Program-made: the position numbers and the translations under genes | In this document: piece by piece, positions 1-11,339 of the stretch | How the letters are laid out: every line of letters starts with the position of its first letter | Position numbering within the stretch: position 1 is the first letter of the stretch | The notes under the pieces: model-generated | Database searches by the model: none | What the model saw: only the letters and a program-made list of their open reading frames with translations | What the model was told of the DNA's origin: nothing | Assembly (NCBI GenBank): GCA_964016885.1 | Contig: OZ024744.1 | Span: 131,130,001-131,194,000, forward strand | Direction of reading: 5' to 3' | Source: Eledone cirrhosa | Lineage: Eukaryota | Length of the DNA stretch: 64,000 bases

Positions 1-850
1 CGTTAAGTTAAGTTGGGGTTAAGTTAAGTTGGGGTTAAGTTAAGTTGGTGTTAAGTTAAGTTGGGGCTGAGTTAAGTTGGGGCTGAGTTAAGTTGGGGCT
101 GAGTTAAGTTGGGGTTCAGTCAAGTTGGGGTTAAGTTAAGTTGGGGTTATTTTAAGTTGGGGTTTAGTTAAGTTGGGGTTCATTTAAGTTGGGGTTAAGT
201 TAAGTTTGGGTTAAGTTGGGGTTAAATTAATTTGGGGTTAAATGAAGTTGGGGTTAAGTTAAGTTGGGGTTAAGTTAAGTTGGGGTTAATTTAAGTTGGG
301 GTTAAGTTAAGTTGCGGGTAATTTAAGTTGGGGTTAAGTTAAGTTGGGGTTAAGTTAAGTTGGGGTTAAGTTAAGTTTGGGTTAAGTTAAGTTGGGGTTA
401 AGTTAATTTGGGGTTAAGTTGGGGTTAAGTTAAGTTGGGGTTTATTTAAGTTGGGGTTAAGTTAAGTTGGGGTTCAGTTAAGTTGGGGTTCAGTTAAGTT
501 GGGGTTAAGTTAAGCTGGGGTTAAGATGGGGTTAAATTAAGTTGGGGTTAAGTTAAGTTGGTTAGTTAAGTTGAGGTTAAGTTAAGTTGGGCTTAAGTTA
601 AGTTGGGGTTAATTTAAGTTGGGGTTAAGTTAAGTTGGGGTTAAGTTAAGTTGGGGTTAAGTCAAGTTGGGGTTAAGTTAAGTTGGGGTTGAGTTAAGTT
701 GGGGTTGAGTGAAGTTGGGGTTAAGTTAAGTTGGGGTTAAGTTAAGTTGGGGTTAAGTTAAGTTGGGGTCAAGTTAAGTTAGGGTTAAGTTAAGTTGGGG
801 TTAAGTTAAGTTGGCGTTAAGTTAATTTGTGGTTAAGTTAAGTTGGGGTT

Positions 851-1050
851 AACCCCAACTTAACTTAACCCCATTTTCACTCAAACCCAACTTAACTCAA
901 CCCCAACTTAACTTAACCCCAGCTTCACTCAACCCCAACTTAACTTAACCCCAACTTCACTCAACCCCAACTTAACTCAACCCCAACTTAACTTAACCCC
1001 AACTTGACTTAACCCCAACTTAACTTAACCCCAACTTAACTTAACCCCAA
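851..1050 (-). repeat. Inverted satellite cassette 1 (200 bp, subtype A1)
   Basis: Switch to AACCCCAACTTAACTT at GGGGTT|AACCCC; markers CCCATTTTCACTCAAACCC and CCCAGCTTCACTC; exit CCCCAA|AGTCGGGG. Confidence 0.97.
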
Positions 1051-2348
1051 AGTCGGGGTTAAGTTAAGTTGGGGGTAAGTTAAGTTGGGATTAAGTTGGG
1101 GTTAAGTTAAGTTAGGGTTAAGTTAAGTTGGGGTTAAGTTAAGTTGGGGTTAAGTTGGGGTTAAATTAAGTTGGGGCTAAGTTAATTTGTGGTTAAGTTA
1201 AGTTGGGGTTAAGTTAAGTTGGGGTTAAGTTAAGTTGCGTTTAAGTTGGGGTTAAGTTAAGTTAGGGTTAAGTTAAGTTGGGGTTAAGTTAAGTTGGGGT
1301 TAATTTAAATTGGGGTTAAGTTAACTTTGTGGTTAAGTTAAGTTGGGGTTAAGTTAAGTTGGGGTTAAGTTGGGGTTAATTTAAGTTGGGGCTAAGTTAA
1401 TTTGTGGTTAAGTTAAGTTGGGGTTAAGTTAAGTTGGGGTTAAGTTAAGTTGGGGTTGAGTTAAGTTGGGGTTGAGATAATTTGGGGTTAATTTAAGTTG
1501 GGGTTAAGTTAAGTTGGGTTTTAGTTAAGTTGGGGTTAAATTAAGTTGGGGTTAAATTAAGTTGGGGTTAAGTTAAGTTGGGGGTAAGTTAAGTTGGGGG
1601 CAAGTTAAGTTGGGGCTAAGTTAAGTTGGGGTTAAATTAAGTTGGGGTTACGTTAAGTTGGTGTTAAGTTAAGTTGGGGTTAATTTAAGTTGGGGTTAAT
1701 TAAGTTGGGGTTAAGTTAAGTTGGGGTTAAGTTAAGTTGGGGTTTATTTAAGTTGGGGTTAAGTTAAGTTGGGGTTAATTAAGTTGGGGTTAATTTAAGT
1801 TGGGGTTAAGTTAAGTTGGGGTTAATTTAAGTTGGGGTTGAGTTAAGTTGGGGTTAAGTTAAGTTGGGGTTATATTAAGTTGGGGTTAGGTTAAGTTGGG
1901 GTTAAGTTAAGTTGGGGTTAAGTTAAGTTGGGGTTTATTTAAGTTGGGGTTAAGTTAAGTTGGGGTTAATTTAAGTTGGGGTTGAGTTAAGTTGGTGTTG
2001 AGTTAAGTTGCGGTTATGTTAAGTTGGGGTTAAGTTAAGTTGGGGTTAAGTTAAGTTGGGGCTGAGTTAAGTTGGGGCTGAGTTAAGTTGGGGTTAAGTT
2101 AAGTTGGGGTTAAGTTAAGTCGGGGTTAAGTTAAGTTGGGGTTAAGTTAAGTTGGGGTTAAGTTAAGTTGGGGTTAAGTTAAGTTGGGGTTAAGTTAAGT
2201 TGGGTTTAAGTTAAGTTGGGGTTAAGTTAAGTTGGGGTCAAGTTAAGTTGGGGTTAAGTTAAGTTGGTTAGTTAAGTTGAGTTTAAGTTAAGTTGGGGTT
2301 AATTTATGTTGGGGTTAAGTTAAGTTGGGGTTAAGTTAAGTTGGGGTT

Positions 2349-2548
2349 AACCCCAACTTAACTTAACCCCAACTTCACTCAACGCCAACGTAACTCAACC
2401 CCAACTTAACTTAACCCCAACTTCACTCAACCCCAACTTAACTTAACCCCAACTTCACTCAACCCCAACTTAAGTCAACCCCAACTTAACTTAACCCCAA
2501 CTTGACTTAACCCCAACTTAACTTAGCACGAACTTAACTTAAGCCCAA
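2349..2548 (-). repeat. Inverted satellite cassette 2 (200 bp, subtype B)
   Basis: Markers AACGTAACTC, AAGTCAACC, TAGCAC, exit AAGCCCAA|AGTCGGGG; private variants AACGCC and GCACGA. Confidence 0.97.
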
Positions 2549-3753
2549 AGTCGGGGTTAAGTTAAGTTGGCGTTAAGTTAAGTTAGGCTTAACTTAAGTT
2601 GGGGTTCAGTTAAGTTGGGGGTAAGTTAAGTTGGGGGTAAGTTAAGTTGGGGTTAAGTTAAGTTGCGTTTAAGTTGGGGTTAAGTTAAGTTAGGGTTAAG
2701 TTAAGTTGGGATTAAGTTAAGTTGGGGATAATTTAAGTTGGGGTTAAGTTGGGGTTAATTTAACTTGGGGCTAAGTTAATTTGTGGTTAAGTTAAGTTGG
2801 GGTTAAGTTAAGTTGGGGTTAAGTTAAGTTGGGGTTGAGTTAAGTTGGGGTTGAGTTAATTTGGGGTTAATTTAAGTTGGGGTTAAGTTAAGTTGGGTTT
2901 AAGTTAAGTTGGGGTTAAGTTAAGTTGGGGTTAAATTAAGTTGGGGTTAAGTTAAGTTGGGGGTAAGTTAAGTTGGGGGCAAGTTAAGTTGGGGCTAAGT
3001 TAAGTTGGGGTTAAATTAAGTTGGGGTTACGTTAAGTTGGTGTTAAGTTAAGTTGGGGTTAATTTAAGTTGGGGTTAATTAAGTTGGGGTTAAGTTAAGT
3101 TGGGGTTAAGTTAAGTTGGGGTTTATTTAAGTTGGGGTTAAGTTAAGTTGGGGTTCAGTTAAGTTGGGGTTCAGTTAAGTTGGGGTTAAGTTAAGTTGGG
3201 GTTAAGATGGGGTTAAATTAAGTTGGGGTTAAGTTAAGTTGGGGTTAAGTTAAGTTGGGGTTAAGTTAAGTTGGGGTTAAGTTAAGTCGGGGTTAAGTTA
3301 AGTCGGGGTTAAGTTAAGTTAGGGTTCAGTTAAGTTGGGGTTAAGTTAAGTTGGGGTTGAGTTAAGTTGGGGTTGAGTTAAATTGGGGTTGAGTTAAGTT
3401 GGGGTTGAGTTAAGTTGGTGTTGAGTTAAGTTGCGGTTATGTTAAGTTGGGGTAAGTTAAGTTGGGGTTAAGTTAAGTTGGGGCTAAGTTAAGTTGGGGT
3501 TAAGTTAAGTTGGGGTTAATTAAGTTGGGGTTAAGTTAAGTTGGGGTTAAGTTTAGTTGGGTTTAAGTTAAGTTGGGGTTAAGTTAAGTTGGGGTCAAGT
3601 TAAGTTGGGGTTAAGTTAAGTTGGTTAGTTAAGTTGAGTTTAAGTTAAGTTGGGGTTAATTTATGTTGGGGTTAAGTTAAGTTGGGGTTAAGTTAAGTTG
3701 GGGTTAAGTTAAGTTGGGGTTAAGTTAAGTTGGGGTTAAGTTAAGTTGGGGTT

Positions 3754-3953
3754 AACCCCAACTTAACTTAACCCCAACGTAACTCAACCCCAACGTAACT
3801 CAACCCCAACTTAACTTAACCCCAACTTCACTCAACCCCAACTTAACTTAACTCCAACTTCACTCAATCCCAACTTAAGTCAACCCCAACTTAACTTAAC
3901 CCCAACTTGACTTAACCCCAACTTAACTTAGCACCAACTTAACTTAAGCCCAA
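3754..3953 (-). repeat. Inverted satellite cassette 3 (200 bp, subtype B)
   Basis: Same junctions; two AACGTAACTC monomers, private ACTCC and AATCCC. Confidence 0.97.
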
Positions 3954-5782
3954 AGTCGGGGTTAAGTTAAGTTGGCGTTAAGTTAAGTTAGGCTTAACTT
4001 AAGTTGGGGTTCAGTTAAGTTGGGGGTAAGTTAAGTTGGGGGTAAGTTAAGTTGTGGTTAAGTTAAGTTGCGTTTAAGTTGGGGTTAAGTTAAGTTAGGG
4101 TTAAGTTAAGTTGGGGTTAAGTTAAGTTGGGGTTAATTTAAATTGGGGTTAAGTTAACTTTGTGGTTAAGTTAAGTTGGGGTTAAGTTAAGTTGGGGTTA
4201 AGTTGGGGTTAATTTAAGTTGGGGCTAAGTTAATTTGTGGTTAAGTTAAGTTGGGGTTAAGTTAAGTTGGGGTTAAGTTAAGTTGGGGTTGAGTTAAGTT
4301 GGGGTTGAGTTAATTTGGGGTTAATTTAAGTTGGGGTTAAGTTAAGTTGGGTTTAAGTTAAGTTGGGGTTAAATTAAGTTGGGGTTAAATTAAGTTGGGG
4401 TTAAGTTAAGTTGGGGGTAAGTTAAGTTGGGGGCAAGTTAAGTTGGGGCTAAGTTAAGTTGGGGTTAAATTAAGTTGGGGTTACGTTAAGTTGGTGTTAA
4501 GTTAAGTTGGGGTTAATTTAAGTTGGGGTTAATTAAGTTGGGGTTAAGTTAAGTTGGGGTTAAGTTAAGTTGGGGTTTATTTAAGTTGGGGTTAAGTTAA
4601 GTTGGGGTTCAGTTAAGTTGGGGTTCAGTTAAGTTGGGGTTAAGTTAAGTTGGGGTTAAGATGGGGTTAAATTAAGTTGGGGTTAAGTTAAGTTGGGGTT
4701 AAGTTAAGTTGGGGTTAAGTTAAGTTGGGGTTAAGTTAAGTCGGGGTTAAGTTAAGTCGGGGTTAAGTTAAGTTAGGGTTCAGTTAAGTTGGGGTTGAGT
4801 TCAGTTGGGGTTGAGTTAAGTTGGGGTTAAGTTAAGTTGGGGATAAGTTAAGTTGGGGTTAAGTTAAGTTGGGGTTTATTTAAGTTGGGGTTAATTTAAG
4901 TTGCAGTTAAGTTAAGTTGAGGTTAAGTTAAGGTGCGGTTAAGTTAAGTTGGGGTTAAGTTAAGTTGGGGCTAAGTTAAGTTGGGGCTAAGTTAAGTTGG
5001 GGCTAAGTTAAGTTGGGGTTAGGTTAAGTCGGGGTTAAGTTAAGTCGGGGTTAAGTTAAGTTGGCGTTAAGTTAAGTTGGGGTTAATTTAAGTTGGGGTT
5101 AAGTTAAGTTGGGGTTAATTTAAGTTGGGGTTAAGTTAAGTTGCGGGTAATTTAAGTTGGGGTTAAGTTAAGTTGGGGTTAAGTTAAGTTGGGGTTATGT
5201 TAAGTTGGTTAGTTAAGTTGAGTTTAAGTTAAGTTGGGGTTAATTTATGTTGGGGTTAAGTTAAGTTGGGGTTAAGTTAAGTTGGGGTTAATTTAAGTTG
5301 GGGTTAAGTTAAGTTGCGGGTAATTTAAGTTGGGGTTAAGTTAAGTTGGGGTTAAGTTAAGTTGGGGTTATGTTAAGTTGGGGTTAAGTTAAGTTGGGGT
5401 TAAGTTAAGTTGGGGCTAAGTTAAGTTGGGGCTGAGTTAAGTTGGGGTTAAGTTAAGTTGGGGTTAAGTTAAGTTGGGGATAAGTTAAGTTGGGGTTAAG
5501 TTAAGTTGGGGTTTATTTAAGTTGGGGTTAATTTAAGTTGGGGTTCATTTAAGTTGGGGTTAAGTTAAGTTGGGGTTAAGTTAAGTTGGGGTTAAGTTAA
5601 GTTGGGGTTAATTTAAGTTGGGTTTAAGTTAAGTTGGGGTTAAGTTAAGTTGGGGTCAAGTTAAGTTGGGGTTAAGTTAAGTTGGTTAGTTAATTTGAGT
5701 TTAAGTTAAGTTGGGGTTAATTTTTGTTGGGGTTAAGTTAAGTTGGGGTTAAGTTAAGTTGGGGTTAAGTTAAGTTGGGGTT

Positions 5783-5982
5783 AACCCCAACTTAACTTAA
5801 CCCCAACTTCACTCAACCCCAACGTAACTCAACCCCAACTTAACTTAACCCCAACTTCACTCAACCCCAACTTAACTTAACCCCAACTTCACTCAACCCC
5901 AACTTAAGTCAACCCCAACTTAACTTAACCCCAACTTGACTTAACCCCAACTTAACTTAGCACCAACTTAACTTAAGCCCAA
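5783..5982 (-). repeat. Inverted satellite cassette 4 (200 bp, subtype B)
   Basis: Same junctions and B markers. Confidence 0.97.
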
Positions 5983-8747
5983 AGTCGGGGTTAAGTTAAG
6001 TTGGCGTTAAGTTAAGTTAGGCTTAACTTAAGTTGGGGTTCAGTTAAGTTGGGGGTAAGTTAAGTTGGGGGTAAGTTAAGTTGGGGTTAAGTTAAGTTGC
6101 GTTTAAGTTGGGGTTAAGTTAAGTTAGGGTTAAGTTAAGTTGGGGTTAATTTAAATTGGGGTTAAGTTAACTTTGTGGTTAAGTTAAGTTGGGGTTAAGT
6201 TAAGTTGGGGTTAAGTTGGGGTTAATTTAAGTTGGGGCTAAGTTAATTTGTGGTTAAGTTAAGTTGGGGTTAAGTTAAGTTGGGGTTAAGTTAAGTTGGG
6301 GTTGAGTTAAGTTGGGGTTGAGTTAATTAGGGGTTAAATTAAGTTGGGGTTAAGTTAAGTTGGGGGTAAGTTAAGTTGGGGCTAAGTTAAGTTGGGGTTA
6401 AATTAAGTTGGGGTTACGTTAAGTTGGTGTTAAGTTAAGTTGGGGTTAATTTAAGTTGGGGTTAATTAAGTTGGGGTTAAGTTAAGTTGGGGTTAAGTTA
6501 AGTTGGGGTTTATTTAAGTTGGGGTTAAGTTAAGTTGGGGTTCAGTTAAGTTGGGGTTCAGTTAAGTTGGGGTTAATTTAAGTTGGGGTTAAGATGGGGT
6601 TAAATTAAGTTGGGGTTAAGTTAAGTTTGGGTTAAGTTAAGTTGGGGTTAAGTTAAGTTGGGGTTAAGTTAAGTCGGGGTTAAGTTAAGTCGGGGTTAAG
6701 TTAAGTTAGGGTTCAGTTAAGTTGGGGTTAAGTTAAGTTGGGGTTGAGTTAAGTTGGGGTTGAGTTAAATTGGGGTTGAGTTAAGTTGGGGTTGAGTTAA
6801 GTTGGTGTTGACTTAAGTTGGGGTTAAGTTAAGTTGGGGTTAAGTTAAGTTGCAGTTAAGTTAAGTTGAGGTTAAGTTAAGGTGCGGTTAAGTTAAGTTG
6901 GGGTTAAGTTAAGTTGGGGCTAAGTTAAGTTGGGGCTAATTTAAGTTGGGGCTAAGTTACGTTGGGGTTAGGTTAAGTTGGGGTTAAGTTAAGTCGGGGT
7001 TAAGTTAAGTTGGCGTTAAGTTAAGTTGGGGTTAATTTAAGTTGGGGTTAAGTTAAGTTGGGGTTAAGTTAAGTTGGGGTTAAGTTAAGTTGGGGTTATG
7101 TTAAGTTGGGGTTAAGTTAAGTTGGGGTTAAGTTAAGTTGGGGCTAAGTTAAGTTGGGGCTGAGTTAAGTTGGGGTTAAGTTAAGTTGGGGTTAAGTTAA
7201 GTTTGGGATAAGTTAAGTTGGGGTTAAGTTAAGTTGGGGTTTATTTAAGTTGGGGTTAATTTAAGTTGGGGTTCAGTTAAGTTGGGGTTCAGTTAAGTTG
7301 GGGTTAAGTTAAGTTGGGGTTTATTTAAGTTGGGGTTAATTTAAGTCGGGGTTAAGTTAAGTCGGGGTTCAGTTAATATAGGGTTAAGTTAAGTTGGGGT
7401 TAAGTTAAATTGGGGTTGATTTAAGTTGGGGTTGAGTTAAGTTGGTGTTCAGTTAAGTTGGGGTTAAGTTAAGTTGGGGTTGATTTAAGTTGGGGTTGAG
7501 TTAAGTTGGTGTTCAGTTAAGTTGGGGTTAAGTTAAGTTGGGGTTAATTTAAGTTGCAGTTAAGTTAAGTTGAGGTTAAGTTAAGGTGGGGTTAAGTTAA
7601 GTTGGGGTTAGTTTAAGTTGGGGCTAAGCTAAGTTGGGGCTAAGTTAAGTTGGGGCTAAGTTAAGTTGGGGTTAAGTTAAGTTGGGGTATATTAAGTTGG
7701 GGTTAAGTTAAGTTGGGGTTAAGTTAAGTTGGGGTTAAGTTAAGTTGGGGCTGAGTTAAGTTGGGGCTGAGTTAAGTTGGGGCTGAGTTAAGTTGGGGTT
7801 AAGTTAAGTTGGGGTATATTAAGTTGGGGTTAAGTTAAGTTGGGGTTAAGTTAAGTTGGGGTTAAGTTAAGTTGGGGCTGAGTTAAGTTGGGGCTTAGTT
7901 AAGGTGGGGCTGAGTTAAGTTGGGGTTAAGATAAGTTGGGGTTGAGTTAAGTTGGGGTTAAGTTAAGTTGGGGTTAAGTTAAGTTGGGGTTAAGTTGGGG
8001 TTAAGTTAAGTTAGGTTTAAGTTAAGTTGGGTTTAAGTTAAGTTGGGGTTAAGTTAAGTTGGGGTTAAGTTAAGTTGGGTTTAAGTTAAGTTGGGGTTAA
8101 TTTAAGTTGGGGATAAGTTAAGTCGGGGTTAAGTTAAGTTGGTGTTAAGTTAAGTTGGGGTTAAGTTAAGTTGGGGTTAAGTTAAGTTGGGGTTAAGTTA
8201 AGTTGGGGTTAAGTTAAGTTGAGGTTAAGTTAAGTTGGGGTTAAATTAAGTTGGGGTTAAGTTAAGTTGGGGTTAAGTTAAGTTGGGGTTAAGTTAAGTT
8301 GGGGATATGTTAAGTTGGGGATGAGTTAAATTGGGGTTAAGTTAAGTTGGGTTTAAGTTAAGTTGGGGTTAAGTTAAGTTGGGGTTAAGTTAAGTTGGGG
8401 TTAAGTTAAGTTGGTTAGTTAAGTTGAGTTTAAGTTAAGTTGGGGTTAATTTAAATCGGGGTTAAGTTAAGTTAGGGTTAAGTTAAGTTGGGGTTGAGTT
8501 AAGTTGGGGTTGAGTTAAATTGGGGTTGAGTTAAGTTGGGGTTGAGTTAAGTTGGTGTTGAGTTAAGTTGGGGTTAAGTTAAGTTGGGGTTAAGTTAAGT
8601 TGTGGTTAAGTTAAGTTGAGGTTAAGTTAAGTTGGGGTTAAGTTAAGTTGGGGTTAATTTAAGTTGGGGCTAAGTTAAGTTGGGGCTAAGTTAAGTTGGG
8701 GTTAAGTTAAGTTGGGGTCAACTTAAGTTGGGGTTAAGTTAAGTTGG

Positions 8748-10523
8748 CGTTAAGTTAAGTTGGGGTTAAGTTAAGTTGGGGTTAAGTTAAGTTGGTGTTA
8801 AGTTAAGTTGGGGCTGAGTTAAGTTGGGGCTGAGTTAAGTTGGGGCTGAGTTAAGTTGGGGTTCAGTCAAGTTGGGGTTAAGTTAAGTTGGGGTTATTTT
8901 AAGTTGGGGTTTAGTTAAGTTGGGGTTCATTTAAGTTGGGGTTAAGTTAAGTTTGGGTTAAGTTGGGGTTAAATTAATTTGGGGTTAAATGAAGTTGGGG
9001 TTAAGTTAAGTTGGGGTTAAGTTAAGTTGGGGTTAATTTAAGTTGGGGTTAAGTTAAGTTGCGGGTAATTTAAGTTGGGGTTAAGTTAAGTTGGGGTTAA
9101 GTTAAGTTGGGGTTAAGTTAAGTTTGGGTTAAGTTAAGTTGGGGTTAAGTTAATTTGGGGTTAAGTTGGGGTTAAGTTAAGTTGGGGTTTATTTAAGTTG
9201 GGGTTAAGTTAAGTTGGGGTTCAGTTAAGTTGGGGTTCAGTTAAGTTGGGGTTAAGTTAAGCTGGGGTTAAGATGGGGTTAAATTAAGTTGGGGTTAAGT
9301 TAAGTTGGTTAGTTAAGTTGAGGTTAAGTTAAGTTGGGCTTAAGTTAAGTTGGGGTTAATTTAAGTTGGGGTTAAGTTAAGTTGGGGTTAAGTTAAGTTG
9401 GGGTTAAGTCAAGTTGGGGTTAAGTTAAGTTGGGGTTGAGTTAAGTTGGGGTTGAGTGAAGTTGGGGTTAAGTTAAGTTGGGGTTAAGTTAAGTTGGGGT
9501 TAAGTTAAGTTGGGGTCAAGTTAAGTTAGGGTTAAGTTAAGTTGGGGTTAAGTTAAGTTGGCGTTAAGTTAATTTGTGGTTAAGTTAAGTTGGGGTTAAC
9601 CCCAACTTAACTTAACCCCATTTTCACTCAAACCCAACTTAACTCAACCCCAACTTAACTTAACCCCAGCTTCACTCAACCCCAACTTAACTTAACCCCA
9701 ACTTCACTCAACCCCAACTTAACTCAACCCCAACTTAACTTAACCCCAACTTGACTTAACCCCAACTTAACTTAACCCCAACTTAACTTAACCCCAAAGT
9801 CGGGGTTAAGTTAAGTTGGGGGTAAGTTAAGTTGGGATTAAGTTGGGGTTAAGTTAAGTTAGGGTTAAGTTAAGTTGGGGTTAAGTTAAGTTGGGGTTAA
9901 GTTGGGGTTAAATTAAGTTGGGGCTAAGTTAATTTGTGGTTAAGTTAAGTTGGGGTTAAGTTAAGTTGGGGTTAAGTTAAGTTGCGTTTAAGTTGGGGTT
10001 AAGTTAAGTTAGGGTTAAGTTAAGTTGGGGTTAAGTTAAGTTGGGGTTAATTTAAATTGGGGTTAAGTTAACTTTGTGGTTAAGTTAAGTTGGGGTTAAG
10101 TTAAGTTGGGGTTAAGTTGGGGTTAATTTAAGTTGGGGCTAAGTTAATTTGTGGTTAAGTTAAGTTGGGGTTAAGTTAAGTTGGGGTTAAGTTAAGTTGG
10201 GGTTGAGTTAAGTTGGGGTTGAGATAATTTGGGGTTAATTTAAGTTGGGGTTAAGTTAAGTTGGGTTTTAGTTAAGTTGGGGTTAAATTAAGTTGGGGTT
10301 AAATTAAGTTGGGGTTAAGTTAAGTTGGGGGTAAGTTAAGTTGGGGGCAAGTTAAGTTGGGGCTAAGTTAAGTTGGGGTTAAATTAAGTTGGGGTTACGT
10401 TAAGTTGGTGTTAAGTTAAGTTGGGGTTAATTTAAGTTGGGGTTAATTAAGTTGGGGTTAAGTTAAGTTGGGGTTAAGTTAAGTTGGGGTTTATTTAAGT
10501 TGGGGTTAAGTTAAGTTGGGGTT
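8748..10523 (+). repeat. Dispersed direct copy of 1-1776 (offset 8747)
   Basis: The window start CGTTAAG... recurs at 8748; cassettes 1/5 and markers GAGATAATTT and GGGTTTTAG are shared; divergence at 1777 versus 10524. Confidence 0.88.
9598..9797 (-). repeat. Inverted satellite cassette 5 (200 bp, subtype A1)
   Basis: Same markers as cassette 1, offset 8747. Confidence 0.97.
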
Positions 10524-11139
10524 CAGTTAAGTTGGGGTTCAGTTAAGTTGGGGTTAAGTTAAGTTGGGGTTAAGATGGGGTTAAATTAAGTTGGGGTTAA
10601 GTTAAGTTGGGGTTAAGTTAAGTTGGGGTTAAGTTAAGTCGGGGTTAAGTTAAGTCGGGGTTAAGTTAAGTTAGGGTTGAGTTAAGTTGGGGTTAAGTTA
10701 AGTTGGGGTTGAGTTAAGTTGGGGTTGAGTTAAATTGGGGTTGAGTTAAGTTGGGGTTGAGTTAAGTTGGTGTTGAGTTAAGTTGCGGTTATGTTAAGTT
10801 GGGGTTAAGTTAAGTTGGGGTTAAGTTAAGTTGGGGCTAAGTTAAGTTGGGGCTGAGTTAAGTTGGGGTTAAGTTAAGTTGGGGTTAAGTTAAGTCGGGG
10901 TTAAGTTAAGTTGGGGTTAAGTTAAGTTGGGGTTAAGTTAAGTTGGGGTTAAGTTAAGTTGGGGTTAAGTTAAGTTGGGTTTAAGTAAAGTTGGGGTTAA
11001 GTTAAGTTGGGGTCAAGTTAAGTTTGGGTTAAGTTAAGTTGGTTAGTTAAGTTGAGTTTAAGTTAAGTTGGGGTTAATTTATGTTGGGGTTAAGTTAAGT
11101 TGGGGTTAAGTTAAGTTGGGGTTAAGTTAAGTTGGGGTT

Positions 11140-11339
11140 AACCCCAACTTAACTTAACCCCAACTTCACTCAACCCCAACGTAACTCAACCCCAACTTAA
11201 CTTAACCCCAACTTCACTCAACCCCAACTTAACTTAACCCCAACTTCACTCAACCCCAACTTAAGTCAACCCCAACTTAACTTAACCCCAACTTGACTTA
11301 ACCCCAACTTAACTTAGCACCAACTTAACTTAAGCCCAA
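11140..11339 (-). repeat. Inverted satellite cassette 6 (200 bp, subtype B)
   Basis: Same junctions and B markers. Confidence 0.97.

Noticed and set aside
845-856. Multiple independent telomere-telomere fusion scars at G-to-C strand switches
   Set aside because: All switches share the same junction and revert after a short fixed distance with shared internal variants, which indicates one event copied many times.
851-1050. Fold-back chimeric read artifact
   Set aside because: Cassettes are not mirror images of their immediate flanks, they carry lineage-specific variants, and they have constant length and junctions. Raw-read confirmation is still advisable.
849-1050. piggyBac-type or MITE insertion at TTAA
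   Set aside because: The cassette is only reversed satellite, with no distinct terminal inverted repeats and no TTAA duplication at the exit junction.
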